Shown here: positions 1-10,440 of the stretch, in pieces
Numbering within the stretch: the first letter of the stretch is position 1
Layout of the letters: each line of letters starts with the position of its first letter
NCBI GenBank assembly: GCA_040954595.2
Contig: CM082584.2
Coordinates: 11,374,552 to 11,438,551, forward strand
Direction: 5' to 3'
From: Balanoglossus misakiensis
Taxonomy: Eukaryota > Animalia > Hemichordata
Length of the DNA stretch: 64,000 nucleotides
Program-made: the position numbers and the translations under genes
The notes under the pieces: model-generated
Seen by the model: the letters and a program-made list of their open reading frames with translations, nothing else
What the model was told of the DNA's origin: nothing
Databases searched by the model: none

Positions 1-49
1 AACGCGTTTGCACCACCGGATGTAGCAGAAATCTTTCTTCCAAAGCAAC

Positions 50-1067
50 ATGAATTTTGTTAGGTCCTTGTTTCGATCGCTTCGTTCGCAGAAGAAATTA
101 GTAGGGACTGATCATCTTGGAAACAAGTATTTTGAAGTTCCAGAGAGGACAACACCATTTGGTGAGTCAAAATAACAAGTGGTATCAGTTAACTGTTTAT
201 GCGTGATTTCAAGCAACGATGTATGATGTAATGATGTATGTTGCAGTGGCTTGGTGTATATTTTTAAACTGTCCACTCCAGAATGATCCTTTCCTTACCA
301 AGCTAAAGAAAGAATATTGATTGCATCATGTTCATACTTTTGTAGGAGGTCACAGAAGAGCTCGGAGGTTTATCGAATCCAATTTTTCACATGAGGAGTA
401 CACCCCAGGAATGGTTCCCATTGAATGGGAAGGTATGTTATTCCTTGTATGTGTTGTATTAAAGAGCAGAAAGTTAGAAGAATTTCACTTTTAATTCCTT
501 CAACAAAATGAGCACCACTGAATCCATTTCTTTGGTAGAAGTGTCATTGAATTTCTTCATGAAGTCCACACTACGTAACCGATAATCTTGCAAAACTGGT
601 TAACTAAAAATCAAGCAAACATTTCAATTGCAGCATGGATACGCTTAAAAAGGAAAGAACCACCAACTGAGCAAGAGGTGCTTGGACGTGAAAGAATGAC
701 ACAGATAGTCAAAGAGCGAGCCAAAGAACTGGAAAGGAAAGATATAGAGGTACGTAAGCTTGGAATAAGTGTTGATGGGTAACAGGGGGAAACTGTCCTA
801 GAACCACTGATTGAAGTCCAAGTACAAATCTAAAAGTTGACTTGCAGTGTATGTCCCGTGTTATAATGTATGTAAATTTAACTTTTTTTTTTTGCACAGC
901 GCCAAGATAGAGAGTATCAGGAAGGTTTGGTTGCCAAGTCAACGCAGACGATTCCCAAGGGACACGCATCTGCCCCGTTCTACCAAAACACTGAGAGTTC
1001 TCCCGAGGCTACCCAGACAGGAAAAGATTTCCAACCAGGTGCATGGCAGCCAAGTACAAAGAAATGA
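50..1067 (+). CDS. NDUFAF2: NADH dehydrogenase (ubiquinone) complex I assembly factor 2 (mimitin, NDUFA12 family), ~160 aa
   Basis: Exons 50-161, 346-432, 634-749, 900-1067, all GT-AG and phase-compatible (483 nt). Translation MNFVRSLFRSLRSQKKLVGTDHLGNKYFE...VPIEWEAWIRLKRKEPPT...KGHASAPFY...TGKDFQPGAWQP; these motifs are characteristic of NDUFAF2. Confidence 0.93.
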
Positions 1068-2355
1068 CAAGAACTCAACTCGTCACAAATGCAAAATAAG
1101 GCACTATCATGACCCCTATATGACCCTTGCATCCTTGTACTTCCGATGGTATGGGCTTGGCAAGGCACATATCTAATGACCAGAACACTTAGTTGCATGA
1201 ATGTCAGTGCATTTCTAACCTAAAGTGGGTCATACTAAGTATTTAAATACAAATGTACATATAAAACAATTTGTTGCCAGAAATTTCAATTTCCTGATAG
1301 CTGAGATAAAAATTGTGTAGTTATTTTGAACGTATGCACTGGTATCAAGCCATATGATGGACTTTTTTGTAGAATAAATGTGTGTAAAGTTTAAGTTTTT
1401 TTTTGTAGTTCAGTATCATTGCAAGAGCTTTGTAACAGCAGTGTTATCAAAAACTTTAGAGGGAAACAATAGGAAAACACATCACACATACACAGTCACA
1501 CACTATGAGATTATTATTATAATAATGTATAAAACAACCAGTAATAGATATCCATTCATTTTATTTGTCAAAAGGAACAATGACGTACAAAAGAGCTTTC
1601 AACTTTTAAAATTCCATAACTTACCAAATTATTTCACAAACTAAATATCACTACGGCCACCCCAGAGTCAAAATTATTATTACAAGATTGGTTCATGTCA
1701 GAAATCAAATTGATATTTTTTAGTCTTCATAAAAGATTGAAAAGATAAAAATTCTGGTCAGCTGTGACACCCCCTCCCCCATACCACACCCAAAACTATA
1801 GCTGCAACAGTGAGTCCCAGAATGCCCCTTGCATTTTGCAAGAGCTTTGTAGGCAGCAGAACATGAATCTTTCAGAGTATTTGTGTTGCATATTGTCATG
1901 ATCAGAAAACATGATCAGAGATTAAAATATATACAAAGTAAGTTGAACTCTTCAATTTATTCAAAATTCAGAATGGTATTTCATGTCAGCGACACATTAG
2001 TCGCAGAAAATTTCATCAAATTTCTGTAATGCTGAGAAAGCATCAAATTCTTTTGAACACCCTCCTCTCCCTGCCCACCAATCAATCACGTGGATTGACA
2101 ATTAAAATTGCACTGATGTAGATTTCATCATGGCACGTCAACAGTCCAAATGCCCAGCTGAATTCTGCAGCATATGACCACATATGATGGTACAACCTGC
2201 AATTCTCTGCTAACTAGATGATAACTGTTGAAATGGTTGTTTGTTTACACATTCAGTGGAGGTCAATAAAAGTATTGTTATCGAGATCAGAGTTCGGAAA
2301 AAAAATTCTGCTGTCTAAAAACTTCATTTTCTTGTACGTGTCAGGTAGTTTGGTT

Positions 2356-2601
2356 CTATGTCACTTTTTCTTTGCCTCTAGCTTTCTTGATATTTGCTTC
2401 TCGCTTTGCCTTCCTCTTCTTGTCCTTTTCTTTCTTCTCAATATCTTTTGCCAGGAAGTATGCCAGAATACCGCTGATCAAAAACAGTGGAGACAGACAC
2501 AGCAGGACAGCATAGATGAATCCACTGGGGTCTTTGGCAGCCCACAAGATGATGTTTTTTTCCACCCACTCCTTCCATGTGTCTGCTGGTTCCCAACTCA
2601 T
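2356..2601 (-). CDS. SMIM15: Small integral membrane protein 15 (UPF0542), ~81 aa
   Basis: WAAKDPSGFIYAVLLCLSPLFLISGILAYFLAKDIEKKEKDKKRKAKREANIKK matches the SMIM15 pattern (WAAKDPxGF, TM helix, basic tail). Start set at ATG 2601-2599 because a CAG acceptor (2605-2603) with a CTAAC branch point (~2634-2630) lies 1 nt upstream; the ORF track's 2640 start is intronic. Confidence 0.9.
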   Translation of the reverse strand: MSWEPADTWKEWVEKNIILWAAKDPSGFIYAVLLCLSPLFLISGILAYFLAKDIEKKEKDKKRKAKREANIKKARGKEKVT

Positions 2602-2602
2602 T

Positions 2603-2912
2603 CTGTGAATACGCATACAAGCATTACATGTTAGTTTCATGACCCATCATCCTGGGAATTAGGGCGGATAGGGAAAGGGTTTGGGTCAAGTTGTCGTGTG
2701 GATAAATGTTCGGAGGGTAACTGTCTAAGTCTTAGATCTGCGATAGATGGTCCATGCTTAGATTGACCTGGTGGTGACTGCAAGATGACTTTCGACATCA
2801 ACAAAATATAGATACTGTGTGATGTGATACTGAATGTACACAATGTCAATAGGACTATGGATCTTGTAATCACACAAGAATATGCTTGGTTGCTGGACAT
2901 CAGATGACTTAC
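2603..2912 (-). other. SMIM15 5'UTR intron
   Basis: Minus-strand donor CAG|GTAAGT at 2913/2912, branch CTAAC ~2634-2630, acceptor CAG ending at 2603. Confidence 0.65.
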
Positions 2913-3070
2913 CTGATCAAAAGAAAGTATGTATGAATGAATGCAAAAAAGAAGACAGGACACTTTATGGACTGCGAGGAGATGAATGCGGGTGAAATTA
3001 TGTCCTATTAACCACAAAACAACCACTCGGTAAACGTAAAAGAGGCGACTGCTAACTCTTCATGGAAGTT

Positions 3071-3415
3071 GCCATTTTGGTTGGGGTGTTCTGGGATAGC
3101 AGAAGTGTCAATTAAACATAAGGGTAGGGCAACCCAGACTTCAGTTAATCTGGCCATTCAAAATCAAAACAGACATCTCTTGGTATTGTGAAAAATGAAT
3201 CGATGATAACTTCGATAAAACGTGTTGAGTATTGATGGCTAAATGATCAGACTAAGTACGCAAGGTGGTCCTATGAAATGTGAAGGTCCCTTGCTCCTAA
3301 TGGACAGTACCTTGCATAACTCTAATGCGCAAGCGCCGTTTCATCTCACGTTTTCTCCTAAAAAAATCTTCTGCTACACCGCACTACACTTTCAGGGGAT
3401 ATTCGCTATTTTTAG
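3071..3415. promoter_or_regulatory. Putative bidirectional promoter SMIM15(-)/HCCS(+), including the HCCS non-coding first exon
   Basis: Divergent gene arrangement; YY1-like AAAATGGC on minus strand (3071-3078); NRF1-like TGCGCAAGCGCC (3326-3337); strong plus-strand donor TAG|GTAAGT at 3415/3416 that can splice to the acceptor at 3744. Confidence 0.55.
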
Positions 3416-3767
3416 GTAAGTAGTTAGTTTTTCCAACGAAAATATATTGAGAATGAAAGAATATATCTTCCTAGATATTCCTGTCAGGGAGACGAACTGG
3501 CGTTGCGAAGATCAAGCTGAAAATGCGAGTCGTGGTTCAGTTTCATCTTCATGCATGTCAATATACATGTACTTAAAAACGTTTTATGAGTTTGAGGGCG
3601 CTGTCCTTTGGTTAGGCTTATACAGTTACATCTCTCTGTGGACTGATTAAATGAAATATAAAGATTTCTATCCATTCTAACATGTCTAGGATTTGGGGAT
3701 ATTCAGCCCAATCCCCGTTGTTAACATATTTCCCCATTTTACAGAAAAACCGAAGTGGTAAGTAACC

Positions 3768-6700
3768 ATGGGCACATCAAATTCTACACAACAGCAGACC
3801 GCATCACCAGTGGTGTCAACAGCAAATACAAGTCCATCAGCACCCGAGGAACCGGTCCAATCAAGGAAGGACCCCAACGTATTGAAAGAAGCGGCCAAGA
3901 GCATCAAAGCCAGTGATATGTTCGTGAGTGAGTGTCCTATGTCACAGGGCGTGGGTGCTGCAAAACCTCCAAGTGGATGTCCAATGCATGCTGCGAAGTC
4001 AGGAGGAGAAGAGGAAGTGAACCCAGATAACTTGGTAAGGTTTTTACGGTGGTCACCCCCATTGAAGTAGCAGTAATAAAACTGTAACATAAGTAACAAA
4101 TGTGTCTGTTTCTCTGCAAGATGCCCCCACCGAATCAGAGGCCAGCTCCCGACCAGCCATTCCTACTTCCGACAGAACGCGAAGTATCCGGCATCCCCAA
4201 AGTAAGTGAAAAGCCGGGAGAGAAATGGGTGTATCCGTCGCCGCAGATGTTCTGGAATGCAATGCTGAGGAAAGGCTGGCGGTGGAAGGAGGACGCTCTC
4301 ACGCCGGCAGACATGCAGTACATCATCAAGATCCACAACACGAACAATGAGGACGCATGGCAGGAGGTGCTCAAGTGGGAAGCGATGCATGCTCGGTAGG
4401 TGGAATGTGCTTGTGTCTCAGATCAGACACTGCCCCTAGTCTTGTATCTGTCATTCAATCTCTTGACTTTGTGAAGCCAAAACATGTATTGGCATATTAC
4501 CATTAGCAGTGGCCAGAAGCTCACTGACAGGGAAAGATGGTGATCTTACTTATGTCTATTGCAGAAACTGTACAATTACTGTCAAGACAGGGCCTCCAGT
4601 AGTTATGATAACATTAATGTCATTTAATCTACCCATTTTAACATTTTAAATATTTTCTGTTTACTACAGGGAATGTGGCAATCCTAGACTGAAAAGGTTC
4701 GGAGGTAAATACAACAATCTGTCACCAAGAGCAAGGATTCGTTGCTGGCTAGGGTAGGTATAAATCAGAAACAGTATCCATGGCCAGTTTTTTTAACAGC
4801 GCCCTCTATTGGCCAAGAAACATTCTGTATGTGCAAAAGGAAAGTTAGCAGTACAGTGGAAATGGTCAACATCAATTCATGTCTGGCAGATAACGTGGTT
4901 CTTTCATGCCAAATATTTACATGTTAAACCATAGTTTCAGGGAATAGTTTAACCCTTTGTGTAGCCCCACGCCCCCACCCCATCCCTGTTTCTCGGTGAA
5001 GAGGTCCAACTTCATAAGAGAAAACAATGGGCTTGGATTAAACCATGGTGGTGAAAGGGTTGAACTATACTTGAGCAGGGAATAGGCAGATTTTTGGAGT
5101 GCTTATCAAATGGCAAGCGGGACAAATAAGTTGGTGAAATTAGCCCAGCTCTGTAAATAGTCTGTGAAAAAGAAATGCAGGCATCTCTGATTACACACAA
5201 GGCCCGCATTGCATACAAATCACCCTCACAATAGAAGTTTCTTTCCAAAACAAGCTGTTTCTCGTCTTTACGCTTTGATGACTACCATACGTGTGTGCAC
5301 AATCGTTGAAAATGTTATGTTGACGCTGAAATAAATTGAAGGGGACCTTGAAAAGTTATTTTGAGTCCCATCAAAATATGATAACAATAGCTTGTTCGGG
5401 AGCACCACCAACTCTTCCATGAATCAAAGATGTGAATTACAGGAAAATGGATTTTTATTTTAATTGAGGAAACCACCAATTTTACCTTTTCAGCCTATTT
5501 TTATCAGGTGCATTTCAGCTCCTAAGAATGGATCAAATTTGAAACACTTTCCGGTGCAAGGGTTTAGAATATTTAAAGATGTCACTCAGAATTTGCTATA
5601 CATGTACCTGATTGCCAGGTTACTTTTTATATCAGGGAATGATAGGAAGGTGTTTTGTTATATATTTGATAAGAGAAGCCTGCAACCTCTTCTGATTCAT
5701 CAGACGACACAATGCTTGAAAAAATACAAAAAATGGCAGGTTTTCTGGGGAAAAACTTGCACTTTGTGAATCATTGATATGGAACTAAGAAAGTGCTGCA
5801 GGGGGAAGCGTCTGTCGAAATCTGATACCTCGCTTCCTGCTCTCTGCTGCAGACCCCAGAGGAGAAAAAAAGAAGGTTGTGTTTGTTGTGTCTTATCGCG
5901 GCTGCACACCCTGGGCAGAGAACCGGAAAGCCTTGACTACAGACACAGTGCAATTGTCTGGCAAATTAGAATCCTTGCAGCATGAGTGGCTGCATGAGCT
6001 CAGAAATTCAGACAAACTGCGCGTCAGGTTTTTATGGCTCTCCATGCGTGGTTTCCAGAGACATGACATGTGGTTTGTACATTGTACTGGATGTGTCACA
6101 CGATGCGTATTTAGAAATGTTTTAGAATTAAAGGCTGGATGTACATCGTGTTTCTGCGCTGCTATGAAAACAAATATCTGGGATATTAATATAAGGCTAC
6201 AACAACAAACTTGACCAGCTGTTTGGCTGTCATGGCTGCTACAATACATGCATTGTCCCATGTCTGGTGGCTTTCATAACATGTCTCTGTGTAGTCATCT
6301 GTAAAACCCGCGATCGTTGCAGCGTGCGTTGCACCAGGATAATGAATGATAGCTCTCTCCACAACTTAGCAGAGGAAAGAGCAAGTTCATAAAGTTTTTA
6401 TATCCTGCATTACATATCTGTATTGGGTATTGAAATTCACGCAATGGGACAAATGCTTGGTAGATGTCAGCAGTGTAGTAAAAAATACTGCATGTATGTC
6501 CGGCTCCTATACTGTGTAGTGAAATTTTTTGGGCATGATGAATTCCTAGATCCTGTCGGATGGACCTTGCAGTGATGTAACTGCATGTAGCTCATGAAAA
6601 TGACAAATGTTATTGTACCACTCAAATTTTATGTAATGTGTTGTGTGGAGCATGCTCCTTGACCTTTTGACCCGGTGTATGAGTGATAACTTGTGCTGAA

Positions 6701-7900
6701 TTGGGTAGTACTGTGGACTCTAAGGAATAGACCAGTTTTGAAACCAAATAGAAATCTAAGTGCAGTTTTCAACAATAGAAATAATAACTGCACACATATG
6801 GGCTGTGTTGATATGATAAGCTTATAATACCGGGCATTTCGTCATGCTTCAGGAAGTCAAACAAGAAACTGCATGCAGTCAATGCATAAAGGAAAAAATC
6901 TGGGAAAAAATGACCAAAAGATAGAGATTTTTACCACCACCAGTTTCCAGCAGGAGATTCGTGCTAAGAATGATGATCGCAGCCATGCCAATTTACACTA
7001 AGCAACAGCTGCTAGTCATTTGAGAAACAAAACGCTCATTCAGTGAGACCCTGAGCCCCTTTTAACTGACCATAAGACCTGATTGTAAGATCATGTTCCT
7101 TCATTAAACTCCTCTGTCATCCCCTTCATGTACAGTACACGTACAGAGTATTGTGTAGTTTCTGCATTTTTTTTCTCATTTTTCTCACCCCAAATTTCTT
7201 AGTTGGGATTCAGAAAATTATGTCCAGAAAATGTCACTGAACGTTTGATGTCACCGATAGCAATAGCAGTAGAGTACTGTTAGTTCTAGCATTGATTTGC
7301 AATTGTACATTCAACATCCAAAGGCAGTTCAAGACCTTTCTAGAGCGAGAAAGTGGATTTGAGCCGTAATTGCAAAACAAATGCACTGTGAAAAGAGGTA
7401 CTGACTGTTGGACATTGTGTTACCTGAGGAAGTAAATGCAATTTAATAGTCTCAGTTGGGATTTGAGTTTTCTGGTTGAGTTGGCTGTATCAGCAATCCC
7501 CCGATAGCCTGAGTTGCTGAGAGACAAAGAGTCGATTCATTTCCTCGATGTGGCGTGAAATACTGAACCCGCTCACTTAGTCCCAAGTAAAATGTGGCTT
7601 GAGGTATGTTCTCATATTTAACATAAGTCTGTCTTTCCGCCCGGTAGGTACGAGAGACCGTTTGATCGCCATGATTGGATAGTTGATCGCTGTGGGAAAG
7701 ACGTCCGCTACGTGATTGATTACTACGACGGGGGAAGCATAGACACAGAGACCGGCAGATTCACCATCTTGGACGTGCGACCAGCTCTGGACTCGCCGAC
7801 GGCGGCATGGGACAGGATGAAGGTGGCTTACTGGAGGTGGAGGTTTGCGAACAAACAACAGGAACCAGAACTTGAACAGAGCAGTGCTAGCTCAAGCTGA
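3768..7900 (+). CDS. HCCS: Holocytochrome c-type synthase (cytochrome c heme lyase), ~292 aa
   Basis: Exons 3768-4034, 4121-4395, 4670-4753, 7648-7900 (879 nt, in frame). N-terminal MGTSNS (myristoylation-like), two CP heme-regulatory motifs (ECPM, GCPM), [69 protein letters not shown]. Confidence 0.96.
4949..5063. mobile_element. piggyBac-like MITE, copy 1 (degenerate)
   Basis: TTAACCCTTT...GGTGGTGAAAGGGTTGA termini; shares GAAAACAATGG...AAACCATGGTGGTGAAAGGGTT with the copy at 46263-46356. Confidence 0.65.
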
Positions 7901-10318
7901 AACCATGGCAACTGCTTAACATTTCAATGGACTCTTTGGACATGATGTATGAGTGTAATTTTGTACGGGGGGAAGAGACATCAAATTGCTCGCAGGGAAA
8001 GTGTGAATTAGAAATGAACCCTTGCATTGACAAAACAATATTAGTTCATGTGTCAATGCACATCGTTTGGAATCTGAGACTTTTGCAATTGTTGTGCGGG
8101 TGTTAATTCTCTCCAGGGGGTTATTTCTGCATTCCTGGGGTTTTCCTGACTGGCATCGGCAAAGTAGGATAAAGGAGTTGTTTTGGAACCTTTCCTGGTT
8201 TCCAGGCAACATATTAACACGAAAGTGCTTGTATGTTCTTTGTTGTCATTAATGGCCACTCAAAGTGCTAGATTGTTCTTTTTTTTTCAAACTCGGATTT
8301 TTGTTTTCTGTTTGTTTTGATGGAAAAAAATTCTCCAAGGAGAATTGATGCACCATATTCTCATGAAAATATCTGCAGTCATGAATGTGCCCTGACACAG
8401 AGCAGAGAATGAACTTCCTTTAATACCTCATTGATTAACAAAGACTGAACATTGCATGCTCACGTTTTAATATGTAAATAGAGTTCAGGTAATCAAATTA
8501 AATTTAATTGCAGAGTGTAAAGGACTGTTTAGCATCTTCATAAAATATCAGTGAGTTTATTTAATACTGTACCTGAGTGTTCTTGACTGGACTGGTGCTT
8601 TCTGGAGCTGACGTACACTGCTGTATATTGCACGAATTCTCAAGTGATCAATTAAAAATTCCCACAAAAGTTTATTTCCTCTCTCAAGCATGCTTGTAAA
8701 GTGTGCTGGCAGTGTGCGTCTCCATTTCAGTAGCAGTTTATTTTTTTAAATAAAAGTTGGCTTTTTGTGAAGTTTACAATGTACACTACATTTGGTGTTA
8801 TTATTTGGTGTGGACAGGGGATTTCTATGCTTTTTCACCTTTCTAGTTATGTTGATCAGTTGATAAATGCTTGGATAATAAACTGAGCAGCGTGCTGCTG
8901 AAATGTTCTTGCAAAAGATGCTTAGAAATGTTTTTTTTCTTACAGACTGTTTGCTCAGTTTTACCTGCGGGTCATTGACTGAGATCATGTGACTTAGAGC
9001 AACCAATCAGTGTAATCCCACTTTATATCATACTAATAGTAATACTGGCCTCTTGTCAGTAAAGCATAAAGACCTGTTTGGATCGTATTCCCTAAAAGCA
9101 TCAAGGTCCTCAAGCATGAACAATGGGTATTTACAGCGCAAATATGCACTGGGTCAGAAGATCAACCCGTTAAAAACCCGTTCTTTGTGAGCGTGTTTGC
9201 ATTGGCGGTTTAGTTGCACTCTGCAAAGAGAAAAAACCACTGAGATCTCTTGACCCCACTGAAAAATGGAAAGCTTTTAGAAGTTGTAATTCCAACATTC
9301 CCCAACACTGATGTTTTGAATGGTTCCATTGTTTGTGAACTCTGCACCCGATCCTTTCTTGTCTGCTGTTTTGGGGAAATATAAAGCCAAGACACAAATA
9401 CTTGATCAACGAAATACAAGATTTTTGTAATAATTTTTCAAGATTTTGACTTTTGTGTCAGATATTGTTTTCCTGGATTTTCCCAATGGCCAACTTTTAT
9501 GGCAATAGTGTTCGTGAAACAGTTTAATGGGAAGACAGATTTTCAGGATCACACCACTACTGGTGATGTTATCTAGTGAAAATTACTGTTAATTAATAAT
9601 GACATATTGCCACTTGTACATGTGTCTGTGTAACAGAGTATATGGTATTCGCACCATCCTTCCTCAATACAAAATGCAATATGAAGTACTTTGATCTATT
9701 ATAGTAATGTTTGCATTGATTAGGATGCCTTGTGTGATATTAACATATTAAGCATATGTTAATTAATTGAAAGTGTATGGACTGTTGTTCACGCTTTTTA
9801 AATAACCACATGTTGCCAGTAGAATTTACAAGTTGCCTATTCAGGTTTGTGATGGTTATTAGCATATCTGATGCCAGAAATTTTGAATGAACACCCAGCA
9901 TTGGAAAGTGACCCTTGCAAATTTTAATGGTTGAAATTGCAGTCATATTACTGGGTAACAGAAGCCAGTGTATATTGACGTATACTTCAAACTGATAACA
10001 TTTCAAAATGCTTTCATGCCACCGACTCTGAGCAGCAGCTGTTTTTGATTTCCTCTTTTGCAACATAAAATGTCAACTAGTTGCCATTTAAATCATGAAC
10101 AAGTTGCTCTTAAAATTATGATTAACAACTTGTGTCTTCGTGATGACATGTATTCACATCTTAACAACATTTCACGCCTTTTTATTCCCTTGATGTAAAA
10201 AATATGACATTAAATTCAAATGTGCTGATGGTTTTTAAAAAGCTGCAAGCAACTTTCGCTTTTCGTACTTCGCGCAATTTACCCACAATCCACTATGTTT
10301 GACCTCGTGTCCATTTTA

Positions 10319-10440
10319 CCGCCATCTTGTTTTTAGTTTTCCTACCTGCTCTACGTACGTCTTTTCCTGTCTGGTTTTTCCTCTGCCCAGGTTGCTCCTT
10401 TCACCATGATGGACGGGTAAGTTCACGCAACCGCCATATT
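10319..10440 (+). promoter_or_regulatory. PTBP proximal promoter / first-exon region with YY1 motifs
   Basis: CCGCCATCTT (10319-10328) and CCGCCATATT (10431-10440) flank a pyrimidine-rich leader and the ATG at 10406; the region is locally CpG-richer. Confidence 0.5.

Noticed and set aside
1065-1112. Possible stop-codon read-through of NDUFAF2 (TGA-CAA)
   Set aside because: Only a weakly leaky context; the 14-codon extension has no recognisable targeting signal.
2218-2634. 138-aa plus-strand ORF overlapping SMIM15
   Set aside because: Antisense shadow; the minus-strand frame carries the conserved protein.
6535-6700. Possible C/D snoRNA in the HCCS intron (ATGATGA box C)
   Set aside because: No suitably placed box D with a terminal stem, and no recognisable rRNA antisense element.
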